Source: Thermoplasmatota archaeon
GTDB taxonomy: Archaea > Thermoplasmatota > E2 > JACPAO01 > JAHFTW01
Assembly: GCA_041623215.1 (NCBI GenBank)
Contig: JBFJXH010000004.1
Span: 1 to 36,696, forward strand
Direction: 5' to 3'
Length of the DNA stretch: 36,696 nt
In this document: positions 8,778 through 18,043 of the stretch, piece by piece
How the letters are laid out: the number at the start of each line of letters is the position of its first letter
How positions within the stretch are numbered: position 1 is the first letter of the stretch
The notes under the pieces: model-generated
Told to the model about the DNA's origin: nothing
Seen by the model: only the letters and a program-made list of their open reading frames with translations
The model's database searches: none
Made by a program: the position numbers and the translations under genes

Positions 8778-9524
8778 ATGCACATGGAAGGCGTATCGGC
8801 CAAGAGCGAAGCGGCCAAGGACCTCATCGTCGTTGCCAGGCAGCTCAAGAAGACGTATGCCAGCGGCAAGATTCGTGCCCCGGTCCTGAACAGTGTGGAC
8901 CTGTTCATTCTGCGCGGCGAATTCGTTGCCATCATGGGGCCCAGCGGCTGCGGCAAGACAACGCTTCTCAATTGCTTGTCTGGCATTGATGACTTTGACC
9001 ACGGATGGATTGTAGTCGATGGCAAGGAAATCAGCAAGATGGGCGACCAAGAGCGCACCCGTCACCGCGCCGAGCGGATGGGCTTCGTGTTCCAGAACTT
9101 CAACCTCATTCCCGTGCTCAATGCCGTGCAAAACGTCGAGATGCCGCTTCTCATGATGGGGTGGGAGCGGCGTGAAGCTCGCCGCCGCGCCTTGCAGGTC
9201 CTCGAAGTCGTTGGGCTCGGCGACCACGCCCGCCACAAGCCAGGGGAGCTATCGGGCGGGCAACAACAACGGGTTGCCATTGCACGGGCGCTTGTCAACA
9301 ATCCCGCCATCCTGTGGGCCGACGAACCCACGGGCAACCTGGATAGCCAATCCGGCGCCGTGGTTCTCAAGGTGCTTCGGTGGCTGAACCAGCGCCGCGA
9401 CGTCACGGTAGTGGTCGTTACGCACGACCCCATGGTGGCGCGGATGGCTGACCGCATCATCCACATGGACTCCGGCCGCATCACGGGCATTGAACGGCCC
9501 CCTCCCATGCGGGCGGTTGGATGA
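8778..9524 (+). CDS. ABC transporter ATP-binding protein, LolD/MacB family
   Basis: Walker A GPSGCGKTT, GFVFQNFNL, LSGGQQQRVAIARAL, ADEPTGNLD, VVVTHD. Start re-assigned to ATG 8778. Confidence 0.95.
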   Translation: MHMEGVSAKSEAAKDLIVVARQLKKTYASGKIRAPVLNSVDLFILRGEFVAIMGPSGCGKTTLLNCLSGIDDFDHGWIVVDGKEISKMGDQERTRHRAERMGFVFQNFNLIPVLNAVQNVEMPLLMMGWERREARRRALQVLEVVGLGDHARHKPGELSGGQQQRVAIARALVNNPAILWADEPTGNLDSQSGAVVLKVLRWLNQRRDVTVVVVTHDPMVARMADRIIHMDSGRITGIERPPPMRAVG

Positions 9525-12500
9525 ACTGGACGCCTGGCGTCATCGCGGGCCTCGTCGCGATCGCCGCGCTCTTCTTGCTGGCCCTACGCGCACCGCGCCT
9601 CGCCTTGATGGGCTACACGGAGGCCTTGCGCCGCCCCAAACAATTGCCCATCATTGCCGTGGGCCTCATGCTAGCAACCACCATCGCCGTGTTTGCCGGC
9701 GTCATGTCCGACACGACAGGAAACGCCATCGAAGACGAGGTCCTGGCGCGCCTCGGTGAAACCGATGTCTTGGTCCATGGGGTCGACGGCACTCCCTTTG
9801 AGGTTGCCTTGGCTGACGCTGCGCTTGCCCGCTCCGAAGTGGCATTCCAAGTCCAGGATTCCCTGACAACGCTGCGTTGGCCCCTGAGTATCCAAGACGA
9901 TGCAACCGGCCTTGGCAGCGGCAGTGCCTTCGTTTGGGGGGTTCCCGATACGGTCGGCGCGCGCGACTCAGGCTTGTTGCACCTAGTCCCGGTTTCTGGG
10001 GTCCTGCCTGGAAAGGGCGCGTGGAGCGACGGGTCCGTGGTCCTCAATCAGCCCTTGGCGGACGAGTTGGGAGCCCAGGTAGGGGATGCCGTCACCCTCT
10101 ATGTGCGCCCGGCCGCCCTGGCGCCCAGCACCGTGGATGAAGGCAGCTTCACGCACGACAATCCAATCCGCCTGTCCATCGAAGTTCCAGACGGGTCCTA
10201 TCGCCTGCGGGCTACCATTGTGACCGAAGACGTGGCCAATGTCACCTTAACTCTGGACGCACCGGAACCGGGCGCCTATCGCTTCGAACACGGTGAGACC
10301 CGGCCCCCGGCCCATGACCCGGACGCGCCACCGGGCGCCCAGATTACGTTGGAGCGCGGTGCCAGCTTGCCAGGCGGCACATGGGACGTGACGGCGCGGC
10401 TTCTAAACGAAAGCACAGGGCGCGTCATCGTTGAAGTCATCGGCCCCCCGGGTGTATCGCCGCCAGGCGTCACTTCGGCGACCGTTGTAGCCATCGTGCA
10501 GGGAACCGGCAGCGATGCCGTGGGCGCAGGGCCCCGAGCCTACATGGGACTCTCCCACCTGGGCCGCCTCGTCGGCAGTGGCGAGATTGCCAACGTGGTG
10601 CAGGTTGATGCGTTTCGCGACGAGACGTTGACCCGCCTGACATCGGACCTGCAAGCCGCCTTTGAAGCTGAAGCAGCAGGCGGCTACGATGAATTGCTCA
10701 GCAAGACGGCTCGCGTTTCCGTCGCCAATGTGCGCGGCATTATGAGCGTGGAAGCCGATGAGGCAGGCCGCGATTTCCGCGAGGACACGTTCTTCTACGG
10801 CTCCTTCAACCTCCTTGCCGGCTTCCTTCTCATTGTGGTGCTCATGGCGTTGTTGGTGGAGGAACGCCGCACGGGCCTGGCTGCCCTGCGTGCCACGGGG
10901 GCCGGACGGCGAGACTTGGTGCTCATGCACCTGCACGAAGGCTCAGTCTATGCACTCTTCAGTACACTGTTTGGTGTGGCAGGCGGCCTGGGCCTGTCGG
11001 CCTTGTACGCCACGCTTGACCCGCTTCGCCAAGGCGGTCGGGCCGCGGGCGGACTCAGTCTGGTGCTGGACCCCCAGACCGTGTTGGATGCGGCTGGCGC
11101 TGGCTTCTTCCTGACCATTGTGGGCATCACCTTGGCCACGGCGCGCCTGGTACGATTCAACGTTGCGCGCGGCTTGCGCGGTTTGGAGGACCGACGCCGA
11201 GGTCTTTCGTGGCCCGGCCGACTCGGGTATGTTGCCGCGATTCTGGTCGCCGGATGGTTGGTCTGGTGGACTCGGGCAGATGGCCAGGACGGCGCTCTGG
11301 CAATTCTTGCCGCGACGACGTTTATTCTGCTGCTAGCAGGTTTGTTGGGGCGCTGGCTGCCCCGCACCTTCGTTTACCCAAGCGCGGGCTTGGTACTCGT
11401 CGTGTACGTCATCGTGCAGTACGTCGGTTTGCAGCGAAGCGATGTCCTGGAGCGGGACCTCGCCCTTGTTCCCCTGCGCGCCCTCCTGCTCGTAATTGGC
11501 ACCACAATGGTCCTGGTTTGGTCCGACATCCCGGCCCGCTTGGCCGCGCTTTTAGCACGCCAATTCAGGTTCCTCGACCCCGTTGCAGACCCCAGCTTCG
11601 GCTACCCCCGCAGCGAGCGCACGCGTACCGCCCTCACGGTCGCCATGCTCGGCGTGGTGGTCGTGATGCTGATTACGCTCACCACCTTCACGGCCCTTGC
11701 CCGTCCCGATATCGAACTGGATGCGCTTGGCTTTGGTGTTGTAGCCGACGCGGATGGCGCCATCGCACTCCCCGCTTTCTTGGATGACCACCCCCCGAAA
11801 GACGGCCTCAACCCATTTCGAAACGCGCGCAGTCACCACGGCGTTCCCTTTGTGGCCGGCGGCAGCCACGGCGCACGCATTGACGGGTCATCCGTAGCCA
11901 CGGTGAGCGGCGACATGGTAGGTCTGACGCGCCCGCTTGTGGCAGACGCGGCGGTAACGGGACGGACCACTGATGCTCGGTACCTCGATGCCGCCGACGC
12001 TATGGCCGCCGTCACCAGCGACCCAACCTTGGCGGTTGCTGCGGGCCTTCGTGTTGGTGGAGGGGCAGACCCGCGACTGGCTGAAGCGGGCGACATTGTC
12101 ACGCTAGCAAACGGCCAATCGCTCCGCATCGTGGCGTCCATTGAGGGCGGCGACTTTGGAGATCTCTTGGTCCATCCTTCCGTGGTCGTAGCGCAGGAGC
12201 ATGCGCGAACCCGAATCTTCGTTCAGCCCCACACCGACACGGACGCGGCCCAAGTCGCACAAGAAGTTGAGGCGGGACTTCGTGCCGCACGCGTGGATGC
12301 GCACGCGTTGTCAGAGCTTGAGGCAGAGGCCGCCGCGGTGAGCGACTCGCAGGAGGCGTTCACGCGACTCTTCGTCGGCATGGGCTTGGTGGCTGGCATT
12401 GCCAGCATCGGCATCATCACGACTCGAAACGTGCTGGAGCGTCGCAACATCATCGGGGTGATGCGCGCTGTCGGAGCCAAGCGACGCCAAGTGGCGGCCA

Positions 12501-12748
12501 TCTTCACGCTCGAGACGCTGTTCATTGCGGCCTTGTCACTCATGGTGGGCATGATTTCAGGCCTGGCCGCCTCGTACATCACCTATTGGCACGCGGCGCC
12601 CGGCCGCTACTCGGCCTGGGCGGTGCCCTGGGGCACGCTGTTCTGGCTCGGTCTTCTTGTCTTCGGGACGGCGCTTCTCACCACCGTGTGGCCGGCATTG
12701 CGGGCTAGCAACACGCCGCCGGCACAAGCAACGCGCTACGCCGAGTAG
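9521..12748 (+). CDS. ABC transporter permease, FtsX/MacB family with two permease modules and large extracellular domains
   Basis: Two FtsX-type motifs (VEERRTGLAALRATGAGRR and VLERRNIIGVMRAVGAKRR), C-terminal PALRASNTPPAQATRY, ATGA overlap with the ATPase gene. Confidence 0.9.
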   Translation: MNWTPGVIAGLVAIAALFLLALRAPRLALMGYTEALRRPKQLPIIAVGLMLATTIAVFAGVMSDTTGNAIEDEVLARLGETDVLVHGVDGTPFEVALADAALARSEVAFQVQDSLTTLRWPLSIQDDATGLGSGSAFVWGVPDTVGARDSGLLHLVPVSGVLPGKGAWSDGSVVLNQPLADELGAQVGDAVTLYVRPAALAPSTVDEGSFTHDNPIRLSIEVPDGSYRLRATIVTEDVANVTLTLDAPEPGAYRFEHGETRPPAHDPDAPPGAQITLERGASLPGGTWDVTARLLNESTGRVIVEVIGPPGVSPPGVTSATVVAIVQGTGSDAVGAGPRAYMGLSHLGRLVGSGEIANVVQVDAFRDETLTRLTSDLQAAFEAEAAGGYDELLSKTARVSVANVRGIMSVEADEAGRDFREDTFFYGSFNLLAGFLLIVVLMALLVEERRTGLAALRATGAGRRDLVLMHLHEGSVYALFSTLFGVAGGLGLSALYATLDPLRQGGRAAGGLSLVLDPQTVLDAAGAGFFLTIVGITLATARLVRFNVARGLRGLEDRRRGLSWPGRLGYVAAILVAGWLVWWTRADGQDGALAILAATTFILLLAGLLGRWLPRTFVYPSAGLVLVVYVIVQYVGLQRSDVLERDLALVPLRALLLVIGTTMVLVWSDIPARLAALLARQFRFLDPVADPSFGYPRSERTRTALTVAMLGVVVVMLITLTTFTALARPDIELDALGFGVVADADGAIALPAFLDDHPPKDGLNPFRNARSHHGVPFVAGGSHGARIDGSSVATVSGDMVGLTRPLVADAAVTGRTTDARYLDAADAMAAVTSDPTLAVAAGLRVGGGADPRLAEAGDIVTLANGQSLRIVASIEGGDFGDLLVHPSVVVAQEHARTRIFVQPHTDTDAAQVAQEVEAGLRAARVDAHALSELEAEAAAVSDSQEAFTRLFVGMGLVAGIASIGIITTRNVLERRNIIGVMRAVGAKRRQVAAIFTLETLFIAALSLMVGMISGLAASYITYWHAAPGRYSAWAVPWGTLFWLGLLVFGTALLTTVWPALRASNTPPAQATRYAE

Positions 12749-12826
12749 GGACGCGGCGACGACCCTGGTACGACCGTGGATATCGGCTCACCCTGGCGCG
12801 TTACACCACCCGGTGGCGCGGCGCGT

Positions 12827-14341
12827 TTAGTTGCGCCACGTGTCCCGGCTCAACAGCAAAAGCACGGTGAAGACTTCCAGGCGCCCAATCCACATTTCCA
12901 GGGACAACAGCACCTTGCTGAAGTCCGACAACATGCCAAAATGTTTCGTGGGCCCGACCACGCCGAAGGCGGGGCCCATGTTGGAAAGGGCACTGACCGA
13001 GGCCCCGGCCGCGTCAACCGGGCCAAGAACGGGGTCAAATGCGGCCAGCAGTAACGTGCCCACAAGCCAAAGCGCGACGTACGTGAAGAAGAAAGCGACC
13101 ACCGCGTACGCGGTCTGAGGCCGGATGGACTGCCCTGCCAGCTTGAGCGGTAAGACCGCCTTGGGATGAATGAGCTGCCGGATTTCGTGCCGGACCAACT
13201 TGATGAGAAGCAGGATGCGGATATGTTTCATGCCGCCACTTGTCGAGCCGGCTGTCCCGCCGGTCATCATGACAATCAGCAGCAGAATCTTGGCCACATC
13301 CGGCCACTGGTCGTAGTCCACGGTCGTAAAACCGGTGCTCGTGATGAACGTGCCCACAGTGAACATGGCCCCCCGCATGGCGGTACCCGCGGCCTGGCCG
13401 GCCTGCCAGAGGATGCCCGTAATCGCCAGCGTGACCGTCACGTAGGTGCCAATGTAGAAGCGCCATTCTGGGTCCGTGAAGAGGGGACGGAAATTGCCCC
13501 GTGATGCGTAATAGATGAGTGAGAAGTTGGTGCCACAAAGCAGCATGAATCCCACGATGATGATCTCGATGAGCAAGCTGGCGTGATGGGAGATGCTGGA
13601 CGAGTGCTCACTGAAGCCGCCCGTGCTGACGGTCGTGAGGGTGTGCAGCATGGCGTCAAGAATGGCGTCGCTTGGCTCGAATCCTTTCGCCATTAAGACG
13701 ACCGAAAGAACCACGAACAACACGGCTGAAATGATGAGGTAAATGCCCCATAGCGTCTTGGCTGTCTGCTCCAGCCGTGGCCTCAGGCGCGTCATGGTTG
13801 GCCCTGGCGACTCCGCCTGTAGCATCTGGATGCCGCCGTGGGTGAGGCGTGACAACAATGCCACGCCAAGGACCACAATGCCCATGCCGCCGATGTACTG
13901 GAGGACCCCCCGCCATGCAAGGATGCTTGGAGCCACGTCGTTCAGATTGGTGCTGATGACCGTCGCCCCGGTCGTGGTCAGCCCACTCATCGCCTCAAAG
14001 AACGCATCAGCGGGGTGCGGCAGGACCGTTGTGGCCGAGAACGGCACGCTGGCCAAGACTGCCAAAACAATCCACCCTAGACCGACCGTCATGTACGCCT
14101 CCCGGTCTTGGAGGTCATCGTCGGCAACGTTCTTGGTGGCGAGAACCACCATGGTTCCGAGCGCAAAAACCAGGACAGCCCAAGCGCCAAACAGGAGTGC
14201 GTTGGGAGCAAACATGAAGCCCAAGACGCTCACGCTTCGTGGCTCGTAAATCATCGCCACGATGACCGGAACTAGGAGCGTAACGCTCCACACGCGGACG
14301 ATGTTGCCTAGGGCGGACACCACCCGGGCAAGCCGGAGCAC
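12827..14341 (-). CDS. trkH: Trk potassium uptake membrane protein TrkH
   Basis: Four pore loops (SGLTTTGAT, VSTGGFS, ITSTGFT, LSNMGPAFG), plus GGTAGSTSGGMK and MWIGRLE. Start uncertain (GTG 14341 or 14398). Confidence 0.95.
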   Translation of the reverse strand: MLRLARVVSALGNIVRVWSVTLLVPVIVAMIYEPRSVSVLGFMFAPNALLFGAWAVLVFALGTMVVLATKNVADDDLQDREAYMTVGLGWIVLAVLASVPFSATTVLPHPADAFFEAMSGLTTTGATVISTNLNDVAPSILAWRGVLQYIGGMGIVVLGVALLSRLTHGGIQMLQAESPGPTMTRLRPRLEQTAKTLWGIYLIISAVLFVVLSVVLMAKGFEPSDAILDAMLHTLTTVSTGGFSEHSSSISHHASLLIEIIIVGFMLLCGTNFSLIYYASRGNFRPLFTDPEWRFYIGTYVTVTLAITGILWQAGQAAGTAMRGAMFTVGTFITSTGFTTVDYDQWPDVAKILLLIVMMTGGTAGSTSGGMKHIRILLLIKLVRHEIRQLIHPKAVLPLKLAGQSIRPQTAYAVVAFFFTYVALWLVGTLLLAAFDPVLGPVDAAGASVSALSNMGPAFGVVGPTKHFGMLSDFSKVLLSLEMWIGRLEVFTVLLLLSRDTWRN

Positions 14342-14454
14342 GACTTGGTGGGGACCACGCGCTATTTCGGGCTTGCGCGTGGCGCCGGCGCAAATCACGC
14401 AGCGGGGCGTTGCCAAGACATTCTTATAGAAGCGCCAACACTGTTGGTGTTGGG

Positions 14455-15441
14455 ATGGACCGACTCCCATTGATTGACCACGTGCGGCAGCTGCTGGCCC
14501 AGGCGGGCTTCGCCGTCAGCGATCGCTGCGATCTGCGACCCGTGAGTTTCGACCTTGTGGCACGCCGCGACAGGGAATTGGTCGTGGTCAAAGTGCTTGG
14601 CAACGTCGATGCGATGGGCGAAGCAATCGCCGACGAAATCAAACTTCTCTGCCGCTTCCTCGAAGCGCGGCCACTCCTAGTGGGCCTCAGGTCCGGAACT
14701 GGCGAACTGGAGCCAGGAGTCGTGTACGCCCGCTACGAAATTCCCATCTTGCACCCTGACACGCTGACCGATTACTTGCTAGAAGGCCAACGCCCCATGG
14801 TCTTCGCGGCCCCAGGCGGCTTCTATGTGCGCCTCAATGGCAGTGAACTTCGCTCCTCCCGAGAAGCGCACGGCATCAGCCTGGGGACGCTCGCGCAAGT
14901 GGCCGGCGTAAGCCGACGGGCCATCCAAATGTACGAGCAAGGCATGAATGCGAGCATCGACGCCGCCATGCGCCTTGAAGAATTCCTTGGAGCCGAACTG
15001 ATTCGACCCATGGACCCTCTGCACATGGATCCCGGGCCGGACCACGCCCCCCACAAGGCACACCCGGCATCCAACGCGAAGGAGCCCAAGGTGGATCCCA
15101 TGGAAACCCTCGTTCGGCGAATCCTGGAGGGCATGGGCTACGATGTTCGCGCCACCCGCCGCAGTCCGTTCGACGCCATTTCATCGCAGGGCACGGACAC
15201 GCTCCTGACGGGGATTGGGCGCGATTCGCCGCAGCTGCGGCGCCGCGTCCGCATCGTCGCCGACGTCGGACGCGTCATTGAACGCCCGGCGTTCTTCGTC
15301 GTGGAGCGCACGCGCCACCAGCACATCGAAGGCGTGCCCATCGTCGACCGGCGGGAGCTTAGGCGACTCACCGACCCCGAGGCAATCCTGGAGCTAATCC
15401 TCGAACGCTCCCGGCCGTCCACGTCCACGCCTCCAGAGTAA
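14455..15441 (+). CDS. Conserved archaeal HTH (Cro/C1-type) transcriptional regulator, COG1395-like
   Basis: SFDLVARR, LEPGVVYARYEIP, FAAPGGFYV and the HTH SLGTLAQVAGVSRRAIQMYEQG. TTATAG about 27 nt upstream of ATG 14455 suggests a leaderless mRNA. Confidence 0.88.
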   Translation: MDRLPLIDHVRQLLAQAGFAVSDRCDLRPVSFDLVARRDRELVVVKVLGNVDAMGEAIADEIKLLCRFLEARPLLVGLRSGTGELEPGVVYARYEIPILHPDTLTDYLLEGQRPMVFAAPGGFYVRLNGSELRSSREAHGISLGTLAQVAGVSRRAIQMYEQGMNASIDAAMRLEEFLGAELIRPMDPLHMDPGPDHAPHKAHPASNAKEPKVDPMETLVRRILEGMGYDVRATRRSPFDAISSQGTDTLLTGIGRDSPQLRRRVRIVADVGRVIERPAFFVVERTRHQHIEGVPIVDRRELRRLTDPEAILELILERSRPSTSTPPE

Positions 15442-15501
15442 CGCGTGGGCCTAGCCATCGCCAGCTCCTGCGGGACCTGCGGCCCCCTCGACGCAACTTC
15501 G

Positions 15502-16347
15502 CTAGAGGTCGATTTGACCCTCAGCCGCGCGAGCCTGCATGTCCGTCATGGCCCAGGCAGCAAAGAAGGGGCTTGGCACGCCGCCTGCACCCATGAGCAA
15601 GAACCAGCCGGCCGCCTTGTGGGGGTACGGCTTGAAGCCCACGGTGTTGCTGGGCACCCAGGTAGATTGTAGGACATTGCCAACGGCAAAAATCACGGGC
15701 GCATAGAAGATGCCGAGCAGACTCGGCCACATCATCCAATTCATGGTCAGCGCGAGGTCGCCCTCCATCTCATCCTTGAGGTCGTAGGCAGCCAACGCTC
15801 GCTCGCGGTGCGCATCGTCCACGGCGGTCGAGCGCGAAATGAGCGCCTTGCCTGCCGCGTCATCGCGGGCAGTCAGCGTCGCATTGACTTGGAGGAACAA
15901 TTGGTGGTTCGGCGCGAGTGATTGGGCCGTGGACGCTTGGGCCATCATTTCAGCCTCCTGTTCGTCCATCGTAGCCTGCCACCGCTGCGCTCCATCGGAG
16001 TCCCCGGCGGCCTCGGCCTCGTCGCGCTTCTCCTGAGCGCCCAGGTAATTGGTTTGGGCAATTGTCGCCGCCTCGACCGCAGCCTGATAGTCGCCTTCGC
16101 CGGTTTGAGCCGCCAGTGTGGCCCCCAGCGCATCGTAGAAACCGTCTTGGGAGTCGGCCTCGAAGCCGGTGAGCCACAGGATGCCGCCGCCCGCCACCAA
16201 GATGCTGGCAACGATGCCGACGGCCACCTTGGCGACGGCCTTGGCATCGTCATCACGGTGTGCCTTAGCAAACCGCAAACTCTGCACCCACAGGAGCGGG
16301 AAGATGAGGACGGTGAACAAGTTGGCCAGGTAGGCCTTGCCTCGCAT
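15502..16347 (-). CDS. Hypothetical membrane protein with an acidic helical loop
   Basis: Long ORF with N- and C-terminal hydrophobic segments. ATG 16347 lies about 25 nt downstream of a TTTTCAAG box. Confidence 0.75.
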   Translation of the reverse strand: MRGKAYLANLFTVLIFPLLWVQSLRFAKAHRDDDAKAVAKVAVGIVASILVAGGGILWLTGFEADSQDGFYDALGATLAAQTGEGDYQAAVEAATIAQTNYLGAQEKRDEAEAAGDSDGAQRWQATMDEQEAEMMAQASTAQSLAPNHQLFLQVNATLTARDDAAGKALISRSTAVDDAHRERALAAYDLKDEMEGDLALTMNWMMWPSLLGIFYAPVIFAVGNVLQSTWVPSNTVGFKPYPHKAAGWFLLMGAGGVPSPFFAAWAMTDMQARAAEGQIDL

Positions 16348-16420
16348 GTCGCCGTCCACAGGGGAGTGCTTGAAAACCGCTTTGACCGGTTAGTGCGCCG
16401 GCGACGCTGCTGCCAACCGC

Positions 16421-16678
16421 CTAGGCGAAGTAAGCCGCGTTGGCTTCCACAGAGGCTTCTTCGCCGGCTGGGATTTCGTCGTCGGGGAAGATTGCCTCGA
16501 CGGGGCACGCTGGTTCACAGGCACCGCAGTCAATGCATTCGTCCGGGTTGATGTACAGTTGCGGAGCATCATCGTGGCCCTCATCGTCCTTGTGGGGGTG
16601 GATGCAGTCCACGGGGCACACGTCCACGCAGGCGGTGTCCTTGGTACCGACGCACTTGCTGGTGATGACACGGGTCAT
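16421..16678 (-). CDS. Dicluster 7Fe-type ferredoxin ([3Fe-4S]+[4Fe-4S])
   Basis: C-x7[11 protein letters not shown] and [31 protein letters not shown]. Confidence 0.95.
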   Translation of the reverse strand: MTRVITSKCVGTKDTACVDVCPVDCIHPHKDDEGHDDAPQLYINPDECIDCGACEPACPVEAIFPDDEIPAGEEASVEANAAYFA

Positions 16679-16807
16679 GATTGAATCCTCCAGGGGTGCT
16701 CCAGATGCCGGAGGGCGTTACTTAACGGTTGGCGATTCGGGGAGCCGAAACCTGCCCGCGTGCAGAGACGCGACCAGGGGGCCTTTTCCATCGTCTAGCG
16801 ACGACCC

Positions 16808-17434
16808 TTATGGCGCACGGCGGAACGTGAGTTCCCCTTCAATCTCGAACTCTTGCATGGTGGACACGGCAACCGGATTCGTGGAGCCATCTGTCCACGC
16901 CCAAATGACGAAGTGGTTGCTGGTCCAGCCGGTTTCCCCTAGGTCAATGGTCAGGGGCGATGTGCCGCGAGCCACCTCGAACTCCTTGGCCTGGTTGCGT
17001 TCCGAGTCGGTTGTCCCAACGCCGATCAGAAGCGATTCCATCGTCGGGTTGCCCGCATCCCAGGTCATGGTGAGGGTCGCCCCTTCCAGCGTGCCAGCCT
17101 CATCAAGGGGGAACCAGCGGTCGCCACCAGGGCCCATCACGCCAACGGGAAGGCCCACGTTCGCAGTCACGCCTGTGTATAGCTCGCCCACGGTGGAGAA
17201 GCCCACCGTTTCAAGCGCCCCAGCAGTCTGCCCGGCACCCTCAGCGTCCGACCCGTCGGTCATGTCTTGGGCTTGGCCGGGTGAGCCAGCAGCTGCATCA
17301 GCGTTGCCTCCACCTTGGCCCTGCTGGTCGCCAGCTTCATCGCCGCCCACGCTGTCCGTGGGTGAACCATCAGAGTCAAGGCAACCGGAAAAGAGGACCA
17401 TGCCAGTCAACAGGAGTGCAACTAATGCTCGCAT
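16808..17434 (-). CDS. Putative lipoprotein with an acidic Gly-rich linker and a beta-rich domain
   Basis: MRALVALLLTGMVLFSG-C lipobox from ATG 17434, followed by a D/G-rich linker. Confidence 0.75.
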   Translation of the reverse strand: MRALVALLLTGMVLFSGCLDSDGSPTDSVGGDEAGDQQGQGGGNADAAAGSPGQAQDMTDGSDAEGAGQTAGALETVGFSTVGELYTGVTANVGLPVGVMGPGGDRWFPLDEAGTLEGATLTMTWDAGNPTMESLLIGVGTTDSERNQAKEFEVARGTSPLTIDLGETGWTSNHFVIWAWTDGSTNPVAVSTMQEFEIEGELTFRRAP

Positions 17435-17489
17435 GCGCCGGGGCCAGAACACGAACTTCATGAAGATATGGGTGGGGGCCCACGGCATC

Positions 17490-17954
17490 CTAAACGGGCG
17501 CACCAAAGGCCGGCTTGAGGACCATGAGGGCAACGATGGCAATCACCATCACCATGAGCATGCCACCCACTTTCTGCGCCTGCCGAATGGCAAGCGCGAA
17601 GCGCGCTGATTCGGGCCCGTCCTCCTCCAGGGCCCTTTGCTGGCGCCGCAGAATCGGCGAATACACAGCCAAGGCAACCACGACAACAAGGACATAGAGG
17701 CCGAGCGCCAGGTGAATCCATCGCTCACTCCACATGTCGGCCGCGGCCGCCATACCCAATCCAGTAAGAAGCAGCAGCACGTACGCCACGTTGGCGACCC
17801 GTTGCTCGATGAGGTAGATGGTTCGCGTCACATTCTGTGCCGCCTCTGGCGCCCGTTTTAGAGTGGCAAACCAGATGGCGTAGGTAGCATTCGCGCCGAC
17901 CGCGACGATGGCCGCAAGGACATGGGCAAGCTTGAGCCAGACAAAGAGCGCCAT
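17490..17954 (-). CDS. Four-TM membrane protein, DUF2269-like
   Basis: LKLAHVLAAIVAVG N-terminus, LLTGL and C-terminal LMVLKP pattern. Confidence 0.8.
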   Translation of the reverse strand: MALFVWLKLAHVLAAIVAVGANATYAIWFATLKRAPEAAQNVTRTIYLIEQRVANVAYVLLLLTGLGMAAAADMWSERWIHLALGLYVLVVVVALAVYSPILRRQQRALEEDGPESARFALAIRQAQKVGGMLMVMVIAIVALMVLKPAFGAPV

Positions 17955-18043
17955 GGACGAGATAGCGACGCACCGCGCGGACTTGGCTTTGCTGAATGCG
18001 TCCGCATGCAAGGCATCAAGTTCGGCCCTAGGCCTGCACCCTT

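Noticed and set aside
16440..17609. 389-aa plus-strand ORF and many other long antisense ORFs
   Set aside because: Shadow ORFs opposite real genes; Ser/Pro/Arg-rich with no recognisable motifs.
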